Shown one piece after another: positions 40,401 to 51,900 of a DNA stretch of 64,000 nucleotides. The stretch's first letter is position 1, and each line of letters opens with the position of its first letter. The notes below the pieces were generated by a model, which had not been told where the DNA came from, made no database searches, and saw nothing but the letters and a program-made list of their open reading frames with translations. This DNA comes from Eledone cirrhosa. Taxonomy: Eukaryota. Both the position numbers and the translations under genes were made by a program. The stretch is from NCBI GenBank assembly GCA_964016885.1, contig OZ024744.1, positions 56,606,001-56,670,000 of the forward strand, given 5' to 3'.

Positions 40401-42442
40401 TGTCACTCCATCCTCTCAAACTTCTGTCTGTCACTCCATCCTCTCAAACTTCTGTCTGTCACTCCATCCTCTCAAACTTCTGTCTGTCACTCCATCCTCT
40501 CAAACTTCTGTCTGTCACTCCATCCTCTCAAACTTCTGTCTGTCACTCCATCCTCTCAAACTACTGTCTGTCACTCCATCCTCTCAAACTACTGTCTGTC
40601 ACTCCATCCTCTCTAGCTCCTGCCTGTCACTCCATCCTCTCTAACTTCTGTCACTCCATCCTCTCTAACTTCTGTTTGTCACTCCATCCTCTTTAACTTG
40701 TCTGTCAATACATCCTCTCTAGCTCCTGTCTGTCACTCCATCCTCTCTTACTTCTGTCTGTCACTCTATCCTCTCTTACTTCTGTCTGTCACTCCATCCT
40801 CCCTAACTTCTGTCTGTCACTCCATCCTCCCTAACTTCTGTCTGTCACTACATCCTCTCTAACTTCTGTCTGTCACTACATCCTTTCTAATTTCTGTCTG
40901 TCACTCCATCCTTTCTAACTCCTGTCTGTCACTCCATCCTCTCAAACTACTGTCTGTCACTCCATCCTCTCTAACTTCTGTCTGTCACTACATCCTCTCA
41001 AACTACTGTCTGTCACTCCATCCTCTCAAACTACTGTCTGTCACTCCATCCTCTCAAACTCCTGTCTGTCACTCCATCCTCTCAAACTTCTGTCTGTCAC
41101 TCCATCCTCTCAAACTACTGTCTGTCACTCCATCCTCTCTAACTTCTGTCTGTCACTACATCCTCTATAACTTCTGTCTGTCACTACATCCTCTATAACT
41201 TCTGTCTGTCACTCCATCCTCTCTAACTTCTGTCTGTCACTCCATCCTCTCTAACTTCTGTCTGTCACTACATCCTCTATAACTTCTGTCTGTCACTACA
41301 TCCTCTATAACTTCTATCTGTCACTACATCCTCTATAACTTCTGTCTGTCACTCCATCCTCTCTAACTTCTGTCTGTCACTCCATCCTCTCTATCTTCTG
41401 TCTGTCACTCCATCCTCTCCAACTTCTGTCTGTCACTCCATCCTCTCTAACTTCTGTCTGTCACTCCATCCCCTCTAACTTCTGTCTGTCACTCCATCCT
41501 CTCTAACTTCTGTCTGTCACTCCATCCCCTCTAACTTCTGTCTGTCACTCCATCCTCTTTAACTTGTCTGTCAATACATCCTCTCTAGCTCCTGTCTGTC
41601 ACTCCATCCTCTCTAACTTCTGTCTGTCACTCTATCCTCTCTAATGTCTCTGTCCCTCCATCCTCTCTAACGTCTCTATCACTACATCCTTTCTAACTCC
41701 TGTCTGTCGCTCCATCCTCCCTAGCTCCTGTCTGTCACTCCATCCTCTCTTACTTCTGTCTGTCACTCTATCCTCTCAAACTACTGTCTGTCACTCCATC
41801 CTCTCTAGCTCCTGCCTGTCACTGCATCCTCTCTAACTTCTGTCTCTCCATCCTCTCTAACTTGTGTCTGTCACTCCATCCTCTCTAACTTGTGTCTGTC
41901 ACTCCATCCTCTCTAACTTGTGTCTGTCACTCCATCCTCTCTAACTTGTGTCTGTCACTCCATCCTTTCTAACTTGTGTCTGTCACTCCATCCTTTCTAA
42001 CTTTTGTCTGTCACTCCATCCTTTCTAACTTCTGTATGTCACTCCATCCTTTCTAACTTCTGCCTCTCTTTCCATGCTCTCTAACTCTTGTCACTCCATC
42101 CTTTCTAACTCCTGTCTGTCACTCCATCCTCTCAAACTTCTGTCTGTCACTCCATCCTCTCTAACTTCTGTCTGTCACTCCATCCTCTCTAACTTCTGTC
42201 TGTCACTCCATCCTCTCTAACTTCTGTCTGTCACTCCATCCTCTCTAACTTCTGTCTGTCACTCCATCCTCTCTAACTTCTGTCTGTCACTCCATCCTTT
42301 CTAACTTCTGTCTGGCACTCCATCCTCTCTAACTTCTGTCTGTCACTCCATCCTCTCTAACTTCTGTCTGGCACTCCATCCTCTCTAACTTCTGTCTGTC
42401 ACTCCATCCTCTCTAACGTCTCTCACCACAGCCTCTCTAACG
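1478..42442. repeat. ~41 kb satellite/minisatellite array, 28-bp unit (about 1,450-1,480 copies) with 24-bp variants and higher-order structure
   Basis: Uninterrupted tandem CACTCCATCCTCTCTAACTTCTGTCTGT. Recurrent variants are TCTCAAAC, TCTCCAAC, TTTCTAAC, GTCGGT, CTCTATCC, CCACCC and AACTACTG. 22 of 28 bases are pyrimidine on the + strand. Confidence 0.98.
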
Positions 42443-42813
42443 TTTGTGTAGTATTTGCGCCTCACTAAATTTCACCTACTTAATGCAGTCTCACTTTCCT
42501 AGATTCGATACTTTATTTCAAGTTTTGGCAACATCTAATTTCTTGCTACTATCAACAAAGATAATAATATGCTATTATATTAATTGTTCCTGTTATGAAT
42601 TAATTTTTGTTGTTGCATTCTTCCAATGTTAGTGGGAGGATTGTAGTATACTAATCTGAGATGATCACGCCACTAACCACAGTTACATACCTGAATGTCC
42701 GACCCCCTCCATTAACTCTGCAAGAAAATCCTTAATCTATTAATTCTACATTAATTGATCCACCTTAACTCGCTTGTGTTCATTTTTTTTTCTTTGTTTT
42801 TTTTTGGCATTCT

Positions 42814-43165
42814 CTATTTCACACTTTTTAAATGGCTAAATTGCAGGAAACCTTGTGGAATGCTTGTTGGAATGTCTTTAAAATCTCTGCATAACCATTT
42901 GTCACTTCTTAAATTAACGTTTTGATCCTGACAGCTTGTCTCATCAGAGTAAAACCAAAGTACTAAGGTTTTTGACTTTCTATCTTGCTCCGATTCATTT
43001 TGTGCGAACCAGACAGTTTCTTTTTGTTTTTGCAAATATTAATTTGCTTCTCCACATCGCATTGTATCAAAGTTGTGACTTGTATCAAAGTTCTATATGC
43101 ACAAATCTTCTGATAGTGTGCCTGAAACCAGATGACATGCAGTTTTCTTGATCATTTTCATGTCA
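42814..43165 (-). pseudogene. Possible highly decayed mariner-like transposase fragment
   Basis: Minus-strand pieces MIKKTACHLVSGTLSEDL and KQKETVWFAQNESEQ...KTLVLWF loosely resemble the mariner WVPHxLT and KxQSxxW...KVMxxVF regions. No TIR was found. Confidence 0.25.
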
Positions 43166-43742
43166 AAATCCATTTTTTCTGTGGACAATTATATATTATT
43201 TGTTTTGGCTGCACATTTTTTCTCATATACTTTTGACAAAAATCTGACGCATATCGTGCCAAGTTGTGAATTCAATATGGCATTTGTCGAGGCTTCAAAG
43301 TTAACGAGTGTTACAATGTGTTAGTGATATTTATCAATACAATTATTCAATTTTATTTAGATATTAATGAAACTTTCTCAGAATTGCTTGTAGACCTAGA
43401 TTAAAAAGCAAACTCGTTAGTACTGATTCGTTTTTTTTTTTCTTCTCTCTCTCCTACTACTTGTGAAAATGTAAACACTATCACAAATTATCCGACTATT
43501 CAAAATCCGAACAAAACAGAACAAAAATGAAACACATTAAAAATTATATTGTGCAATGACAATTAAAGTTCTTGTCAAAATTTCATGAATATTTCTCAAA
43601 GAAAAATGAAAAATCTGACCTTGCTCACCACAAACAACATTCTCAACACGTCGATTCCATGCTAATTTTGGGCTCTAGAAGACTAATGTAGTTCAATTTA
43701 GTGCATTTTTTAGTAGGTAACTCAATTCGTCCATTTCTTGAA

Positions 43743-43793
43743 AGTCTGACTCAAACTTGATATTTGACAGTCTGACTCAAACTTGATATTTGA
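43743..43793. repeat. Tandem duplication with a 26-bp period
   Basis: agtctgactcaaacttgatatttga occurs at 43743-43767 and 43769-43793. Confidence 0.9.
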
Positions 43794-44020
43794 AGCCTTG
43801 GTGTGCCCCTTTTTATTGACTTTGTGCTTTTGTGCCATCATGTGACCAGAATCAACAATGGCCATATTGAATTTGCGAGAAATTTTTCTTAGGGTATAAA
43901 ACTCTTGAAGAAAATGTTGAAAGAAATTGATAAAATTTTCACTTTATTATTTCATAATGAATATCTGACCTACTCCCTTTGTTTTTTTATATCAAAATAA
44001 AGCAAAAAAAGTCCTCTTAA

Positions 44021-46530
44021 CCCTTTAGCATTCACATGCTTATCTGTTCGCATTTATTTTGAGTTAATCATACTCAAGAGGGTTATCAATTTTATTTGTT
44101 TGTAATTTTCTTAATTTTCTATGTGCAGACTTGAAATTTTGTCAGATGTTAAAATATCAATAATTTACAATTGTATATTTTTACGGATTTATTTTTTTTG
44201 ATTTTTTTTTTTTGATTTTTTTTAAATTTTTGTTTGTTTGTTAAATTTGACTTTTATGGGCAGGTGAAATTAACATGTGTAAAAGTAATGGCTTTATGGA
44301 TAAACACACAAATTAAAAACTTTATCTGACTTGCCTGTTACATTTGTTACAAAGAATATCCAACAATGACCTAGATGTTGACTTCCAACTATTTTAGCAC
44401 TTTTCCGAACAGGTGAATTAATTTAAAATGCAGGTATAATCAGTACACGGTTTTAGTCTCTCTACATTTCATGCAAATATTTTCATTGAAAAAAATGTAT
44501 AAAACTCTTTCACCAGTCAAAATAATATTGGCAATGTACTCTTACTCAATGTACTGAGTAGATTTATATAACGGAATGTGCCAAATATATAGGTTCATTA
44601 ACAGGTGTGATGCAGGTGTGGCACAGGTGAATTCAGGTGTTTTTGTATCTAATGTGTTCCAATATATTTTTAAAATATTTTTTCAATATTGTCAGACAAT
44701 ATTTCTATCATGATATTGGCCAAAACAGCCTTTACATAATGGCACTTTGCAAAAAGAACACATAAATGTGGTTTGAATTGCATAACCTTTAACAGTTTTT
44801 CTCATTTGCAAAGAGCACATTCGGCAAACCTTCTTCCTCCCATTAATTTTCTCCACTTTGTGAAAATGAATATTTTCTTTGTTCACCTCAGATAATTTTG
44901 ACTTTCTTTCAGCTGTGTGTTTGTGAGAAGTATATCCTCTACATAGCTGAGAGGCAACGTCTACACAAAATTTCATGTGGCGGTAGTCCTTTGGTGGTGA
45001 CGGATTCTTGTGGCTTTTAGTGAATACAATAAAAGAATTCACAATGGTTAAATTCACTAAAAACCACAAGATATATCTCCACCATTTCTTCCCAGGGCGT
45101 TCAACTGGGTAGTAGGCGCAATATTGGTCGGATTTGTCAACCCCACCCATATATTTATTATAGGAGAGGTTGACTAAAGGTTTACCTTCAGCCCCAACTC
45201 CTGGTTCTTGGTTAGACGATAGGAACAAAATTTGCCGCTTGTCACCTCTCTTTTAAAATTTTGTGACTTTCATTTCTTGGGGTAGCCCTTTGCGATTCCC
45301 CATTATTGTATCGTAGGTGTACGTATTTACGAGGGCAAGATCGCACTGAAGAAAAAAAACGATCAAAATATATGTCTGTGTTGAGAGTGAAAGGGTTCAG
45401 TCAGAGACATCACATCATACCCCAAGCCATATTTTCTCTCTCCGTTGTGTTTCTTTCCTGTGTAAACATCAAAGTTTACACAGTAGCCTGTGTCCAATTC
45501 ACAGAGTTCCCACACCTTGATGCCTCATTTAGTGGGTTTAGCTGGCATGTATTGTCTAAAATGAAGCCTACCCTTATACCCAATCATAGCTTCATCAACA
45601 CTAAGATTTTTCCCAGGTATATACAGTTTTAAATTTTTCAGAGAGCATTTTAATTACTGGTCGAACTTTATACAGAGGGTCATAATTGAAATCATTTCTG
45701 CCAGGGTCATTTGAAGTATCAACCAGGTGCAAATATTGGTTTAATTTTAAATACCTTGTTTTTGGCATAATACTCAATATATAAGGGTCGCTAAATCTTA
45801 TATCAGTGCTCCAGTAATTCCAGTCTTGCAAATTGTTTTATACCAAACATGTTTATGGTAAAAAACGCTTGCATCTCTGCAGCATCTGTCGGTCGCCATA
45901 ACTGATCGGGTTTTCTTCGATATGAAATCTGCTGTTGGGCATATTGATTCGTCTTTCTTTCTACAACTTCGAAGAAAGTTTGTGGCAAAAACAAAAAGAA
46001 ATAATCCAGTGCTTTAGCATCGGGAGGTAATATATGCTGTGGACCAGTATTTTCAACAAAATCGAGAACATGTATTGGTGTGGTATTTTTCGACCATGTT
46101 GCTGAAATATCTTCAATGGCGCCCTGGAGATCTGCTTTGCTTTCATTTTCAAAATAACAATCATCGTCAGATGAAATTTCAGAAATATAAACATCAGATT
46201 CATTTGATGATATATCACTATATTATCTTCTGTTTCTTGTTCATTCTGAATGTCGTGTGTAAAACCTTCAAAGTCGGTGTCGCTACTTTCAGAAGCCATG
46301 TTGATACAAAAAAAAAATCTGTTCTACTTTCAAAATTAAAAAAACACGTGTTGTTTCACTCTATTAAGTGTTAATTTTTGCGGTAAGGGCCTAATCTCGC
46401 AGTAGTCTCGAATTAACGAGATTTTGATGATGGTTTGTTTATTTTTAGAACAATATTTTAGTGTAGGTGTTTTCGGGCGGTTTGAACAAATGAAGGGGAA
46501 ATAATTTTGGTCGGTTTGAACACTAAAGGG
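44021..46530 (-). mobile_element. piggyBac DNA transposon copy 1 (~2.5 kb, defective)
   Basis: TTAA TSDs at 44017-44020 and 46531-46534. TIRs CCCTTTAGCATTCA and (reverse complement) CCCTTTAGTGTTCA match at 12/14. Internal transposase remnants are present. Confidence 0.93.
44692..46299 (-). pseudogene. Frameshifted piggyBac transposase (PGBD4-like), copy 1
   Basis: Acidic N-terminus MASESSDTDFEGF; DPLYKVRPVI; catalytic-region motifs SVDEAMIGYKGRLHF, HIYFDRFF and YNKYMGGVDKSDQ; KKWWRYILWFL; C-terminal cysteine-rich domain CRMC...CSFCKVPLCKGCFGQYH. Split over several frames. Confidence 0.92.
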
Positions 46531-46924
46531 TTAATGACTATTATTTTCAACACTAATCAAGTTATAGGGTTCCTGCGTATTGAATTAGCACTACTATTCA
46601 GCAGTCAAAAATGAAAATGGGATAAATGTAAATGGGTAGAAATACGAGGGTCATTGAGGGGATCTGGCATGATACATAAGAGTGTTGGATTGTCAAATTG
46701 TGCTTGCACCGCTTTTCGGATCTCTGCTGTGATATATATATACTTGAAGGCTACAGCGTCCTTTTTCATTTGCTGAGTTAACTTGACATGTCATTTATCC
46801 TAAAAAGAAATCATAATCAAAACAAATTAGAAAATAGAGCTACTAAGATGTGTCCTCAAAAAACTAAGCAATCTTCTCTCTCTCTCTCTCCGTGTGTGTG
46901 TTTACATTTATTGTTTGTTCCATA

Positions 46925-47060
46925 ACTTAAGCAGTTTGACAAAAAGATCAATAAAAACTCTTAAAAAGTAGATACTAAGGTTGACATGATCGATTAAATC
47001 GTTTTAAGGTGGTGTCTCAGCACAGCCAATGTCTAATGACTGAAACAAGTCAAAAAGAAA
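46925..47060 (+). mobile_element. SINE 3' fragment
   Basis: aaggtggtgtctcagcacagccaatgtctaatgactgaaacaagt; the same tail recurs at 53117-53170. Confidence 0.55.
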
Positions 47061-47269
47061 ACTGTTATCTACTTCTATAATGGTAACAGTAGTGAAAAAG
47101 ATTAGCCATGTCAGAAGATTGTCAGGTCACTGATATTGATGGCTATTTCGATGACTTGACCACAATTCTTTGCTTCTGATAATTTGTAACAGTCATAGAA
47201 ACCATGCCAAACTATGTTGAGTGGACTCTTTTAGTCATGTCAAGGATATAACTTTCCTACTGTTAGCTC

Positions 47270-47660
47270 TGTTAAAATGCATCCAGCACACTCGGCAAAT
47301 TGGCTTCTGTTAAGGGCATCTAGCTGTATAAATCTACCAAGGACACTTTTGATCATATCAAGGGTGTTGTGACAACCTACCTTAAAATGCACCCAGCACA
47401 CTTTGTAAAGTAGGTGGTGTTATGAAGAATCCATCCTAACCATAGGTTTGAGGGGATTGTTTTAGTTTCCTCAAAGACATGAGAACTTTGCTAGTGTTAA
47501 TGTCACAATATATATATATATATGAAAGCGAGCCATGGTCACCTGGCCCTTCTCTTCTAGGATGATAATATTTCTGATTAACTTCTGACTTGGTCTGTAA
47601 TAACCCATTAAATCCATGCCAACATGGAAATATAGACATTAAATGAGGATGATGATATGC
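47270..47660 (+). mobile_element. Decayed RTE-tail/SINE fragments
   Basis: Two aaaatgca(t/c)ccagcacact modules, aagggcatctagctgtataaa and ccatgccaacatggaa...gatgatgat resemble 60540-60774. Confidence 0.55.
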
Positions 47661-47740
47661 AAGTTTTTGGAATTGAATTTGGTAGTTAGGTACACTATGT
47701 TGAATATGGTATGACATGCTGTGATTATCTTGGTTTATTA

Positions 47741-47945
47741 TTAACCTGCTCATTACTATATTTCAAATGATTTTCAAATAATTTTGAAAATTATTCCGAA
47801 TTTGGAGAGATTTGATTATATAACTTTCTCATTAATCTGGTATTTGGTAGTTGATTTAACAAAGGTTCTTACATGCAACAATGATGTGAAAGATTTGTAT
47901 CATAGTACCATAGGCAATTTCAAGCAATTTGGTATTAAAGGTTAA
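47741..47945 (+). mobile_element. piggyBac-type MITE, family B copy
   Basis: Ends ttaacc... and ...aaaggttaa. The core tgattttcaaataattttgaaaat..gaatttggag is shared with 52349-52590 and, inverted, with 53630-53852 and 54329-54565. Confidence 0.6.
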
Positions 47946-48004
47946 AGGTGTCATATTTTATTTTGGAAACAAAAATTTTAAAGCAAAAACTTTTAATTTT
48001 ACAG

Positions 48005-49165
48005 CCAGCCAAATTTTCTCATTGTGGTAGGTCTTCGAGAGAAAATGTAGGAGTATTGCCAAGCAGTATATTCTTGTTTTGTAGACCTCAAAGAGGCATA
48101 TGACTGCATTCCTTGGGACCAGCTGTGGAAGGCTCTGCAGGAGTATGGGATCGATAGTCAGCTTCTTGCTGTCCTTGTGTCTCTATACGAATGCCTGAGT
48201 ATATGTGTTCGGATAAATAGTGCTAAATCGAAACCATTCAATGTGGGTGTCAGATTCCACGAAGGGTGTGTACTATCACCTCTCCTGTTCATTATTTTCA
48301 TGAACAAGATTGACATGTGCAGCCAGGTTGGAAGTGGTATCATGACTGGTGGGTGTAAAATCTGTCTGCTGGAATTTACAGACTGCATAGTGTTACTTAA
48401 CTCAACAGAAAGTGATCTCTGACTCGCACTTGATAGGTTTCAGCCGAGTGCTACTTGGCTGGCATGAAAATCTGTGTTGCGAAAACTGAGACACACTATC
48501 TCTCAAGGAAGCCTGCGCTGTGCACTCTACATGTAAATGGAGTTCCACTGAAGCAGGTGGAGAAGTTCACGTATCTTGGGGCTGTGTTCACGAGTGATGG
48601 AAGGCAGGAGGCTGAACTAAGTGCAAGAATTGCCAGAGCTGGTGCAGTAATGTGCTAGCTTCAGCATTCGGTAAACAGGAGGGAGGGAGGTATAAAAGCC
48701 GAACAACTCGCTATCTTCAATTTGGTATTCGTGCCAACCCTTACATCTGATCATGAATCTTGGGTAATGACTAAAAGAATATGATCATGAATATAAGTGG
48801 ACGAAATGGGGTCCTCTGAAGCATCTTTGAAATAACAGTATTTGATAGTGTGTAGCTTGGAGATCAGTCACTCCAGGTAGAGTCGCTACTTCTCCAAATT
48901 GATAGATCACAGTTCCGATACTATGGACATGTGCTTAGAATGTCTCAGGAAAGAATCACTGGACAGATTTTATGGGCAAAACTAACTGGCAGGAGACCCA
49001 GGGGTAGACCCTGAGCAAGATGGTTGGATAACATCAATGAGCTTGGCTGCTGTTGGTTGGGGATCCAGCTGGATCAGTTGGTGACAGATGCTTCTGACAA
49101 GACCAGCTGGAAAGAGTATTTGAGGGCTCTACGCCTATGACCCTTCAGCAATAAGTGGGCGAAGA
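48005..49165 (+). mobile_element. RTE-clade LINE, 5'-truncated and decayed RT plus C-terminus
   Basis: FVDLKEAYDCIP, EGCVLSPLLFIIFM, a degenerate FADD (EFTDCIVLL), QVEKFTYLG and a GRRPRGRP..RWLDNI motif, with many stops. Confidence 0.88.
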
Positions 49166-49317
49166 ACTTTTAGTTGTTTTACTATGTTTGATATTCAGGG
49201 AAGCCACACATCCTCATTTGACCACAATATAAATAATAGCGATTATGAAACATGAAGATTGGAAAACAGAAATGGCTATGAATGACTTATGATTTTTATG
49301 CTGGCATGGCTCTGGTA

Positions 49318-49475
49318 TAAAATAATTTTCTACTTTTGGCACAAGGCCAGCAATTACTCAGTACATTACTGGTACTTTATTTTATCAACCACATAAGGAT
49401 GAAAGGCAAAGTTAACCTCGGCTGGATTTGAACTCGGTTTGTAAAGGGGCGTAACTATGCTGGAAAGCATATCGT
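49318..49475 (-). mobile_element. tRNA-derived SINE fragment
   Basis: tactggtactttattttatcaacc..aggatgaaaggcaaagttaacctcggctggatttgaactc, with a B-box-like gagttcaaatcc on the minus strand. Related copies lie at 57585-57665 and 55985-56030. Confidence 0.7.
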
Positions 49476-50100
49476 TGAACCCCCCCCCCCCTACCGATAC
49501 TGCCAAAAAATAATAGTGATGAGTGTGTGTGTGTGTGTCCTCTTTGTATTTGACATCACTGGTGGTGAGTTGGTTAGATCCCGCTGTTAAGCTTGTAAAG
49601 GCCCATACCTTCACTTTTAAAACAAGTGAAGCTTTGCATTGAAGGAATACTACCTCCTAAAAAGTTCTGCCCAATCAATGCCAGCATGGGAAAATACAAA
49701 TATAAAACAGTCGGTGATGATTATATGCAATGAGAACTTGACTAGATTAAGAAATCTAAGACCATTGACCATGTGAGGATGGGTTCTAAGTATATAAAAA
49801 AAGCTGATTAATTGTGGTATTGACAACAGATGTATCTTGAAAAGTTAGGATTAGTCTAAAAGTTGGTATTAATAGAGGAGAGTGATTAACAATAGCAATG
49901 GCTAAGGAGATTTTTGAAGATTTGCACATTTCATAATGATTGCATGAGATAATTAATCTAAAAGCTTGAATTAATGAGGAAATAGTTACTCTTTTGGTTT
50001 TAAAGAAATTACATAATTTGGAATTTAGGTATGAAATTGTATTTATTTGACATTTGCCAAATCAGTTCTTCATTTGGAATCTATTTAATATTGTACTTAT

Positions 50101-50979
50101 AGTTTGCGACTCCATTGAGGCTATTTTTTTTTTTTTTAAAACAATGCTTTGATGTTATTGGGAGATAAATCTAGCTTTGATGAGTAGAATAAACTATAGT
50201 TCGGTAGTTTTGCAATTCTGGTTCAAAGGTTATGAATGTTTTTCGATTTTGAAAGAAAATAAAAGAAACCAGGGTTATAAGTAGTGTATTTTATCATTTA
50301 TTAAAGTTATCTTTATCTCTACTGCCTGAAGTATCACTTTCACCATCACTGACTTCAGACTCTTCATTGTATTCAGTGTGTCTAATATGCTTGTAAAAGC
50401 TTTCATTCACGTACACAATTCGTCACTTCTTAGCTGCGTTGGAAGAAACTAATCTGACTGTATAGAGATCCCGCTTACAAATGATCTCCGCTTGGAGCTT
50501 GTAGCACATCATTCCTTTCTTCTTTCTGCGACGATTTCCTTTTCACTTAAGGAACCTTCGAACAGATCGCAGAACTGTTTGGACTTGTTTTGGTTGATCA
50601 GTCAACAGCAATGAAACCATTATTGATACAGTAGTCCATCACATCCTAAGCAACAGTTCTAGTGTGAGTCGCCCGACGATCCCTCACAAAGTTCTGGATT
50701 ACGGAAATCACAAGATGATCAGGAACTACCGAAGCCTTTAGATTTTGATTTCCTGTCATCTTCTGTTCTGAAATTTCTCCAGTCTCAACAAATTTGGTAC
50801 AGATTTCGCTGCGGAGCTTATTACTTTGACCAAGGACTTTCGCAGTAAGGTTTGTGGCATCTGCATTCTTCTTCATTCGCCCAAGTCTCTTATTACTGTG
50901 CAGTGCAATATGTTCATGATGAAATTTGGCTTGTACAGAGAGAATATCTTGTTTCTCCTCCTTGGTAAGGCTCATAGGT

Positions 50980-51012
<33 letters not shown>

Positions 51013-51300
51013 CTCTCTTCTCTCGCGAAACTCCATGGATTCGAGAAATGGTTTATCTACAACCTTATGCTTCTTCCTGGGAGAAACATTTGTATTTTGT
51101 TTGTTCTCGGCTCCAAAACACAATCTTCAACTTGGTCGTTTTCTTCATTTTTTTTCATAATTTTCGATCTTGAATGGGGAAAAAATAATGATGCAAAAGA
51201 AAGATCTCAACAACTTCTATTCAATGATATAATGGGTTTAGACTAGTAGTAAAAACTGACTGAGTAAAACACAAAACAGGCCTCAATGGTGTCACAGACT
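50101..51300 (-). mobile_element. TIR-bounded IS630/Tc1-like DNA transposon, internally deleted (1.2 kb)
   Basis: 21-bp inverted repeats agtttgcgactccattgaggc (50101-50121) and gcctcaatggtgtcacagact (51280-51300) match at 18/21 and enclose a decayed transposase-like frame. Confidence 0.7.
50294..51123 (-). pseudogene. Decayed DDE (IS630/Tc1-type) transposase N-terminal half joined to an acidic tail
   Basis: Read across stops and frameshifts: IQNFVRDRRATHTRTVA*DVMDY...VLRSVRRFLK*KGNRRRKKKGMMCYKLQAEIICKRDLYTV...KK*RIVYVNESFYKH, a first-Asp VYxDES-like motif, followed directly by EYNEESEVSDGESDTSGSRDKDNFNK*. Confidence 0.6.
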
Positions 51301-51685
51301 TAAACAAAATTATTGCATGTAATTCAAACCCAATTGTGGCTTGCCTGTGGTAGAATTTATTGCCCACCAACTGGCTTTTCGTGTTTGAGAGGATGCCATT
51401 CTGTTGCAAGTGTTAAAGCCAACTCTTTGGTTTGAGGATATCTTCTTTCTCCCATCATTCTTGGAGGCACAGGAAAGAGTCATTGGTACTGCTCTTCCTC
51501 CTGACTAAATAAAATAAAAAAAAATAAAAAATGGTTGCTGGACAGATATAAAATAGTCTAATTTTATTGTTTATTATTTGAAGTTTAAGGAGTTTTTCTT
51601 TGGCAAGGTTTCTCTTGTTAAGTGTCTTCATCTGAAAGTGTCAGTGTTTGGCATTTAAAACAAGTTTTCATGTGTTTACTGATTA

Positions 51686-51900
51686 GGGCATGTGGCTTTG
51701 AGGTTGGGGTGTTTGGCTTCCAATTGTAAGGTCTTGAGTTCAGTTTCTGGACCAGACAGCACTTTGTGGTGACTTTGAGCAAGTCATTTATTCATTTTAC
51801 ACTTTCGGTCCACACATGCCGAGATGTATCGGCTTTCTTTCCTTTGGTCAATGTATGGATAACTACTGGTCTTCCATAAAAACACTTTGCTCAGGTTTGC
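51686..51900 (+). mobile_element. tRNA-derived SINE (decayed)
   Basis: A-box-like gtggctttgaggttgg and B-box-like gagttcagtttc, followed by ctttgagcaagtcattt; similar to the minus-strand copy at 55525-55625. Confidence 0.5.

Noticed and set aside
1478-42442. CRISPR-like array (28-bp repeat)
   Set aside because: Units are head-to-tail with no unique spacers, there are no cas genes, and the context is eukaryotic.
1478-42442. Telomeric repeat array (CTAAC resembles CCCTAA)
   Set aside because: There are no tandem TTAGGG/TTAGG repeats, and the array is internal with complex sequence on both sides.
44021-46530. CA versus TG mismatch in the TIRs as copy-specific CpG decay
   Set aside because: The mismatch is identical in both copies and CA also appears in the MITE, so it is a family trait rather than an event at this locus.
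46642-46740. TACGAGGG mariner-like terminus
   Set aside because: No partner TIR or transposase sequence was found nearby.
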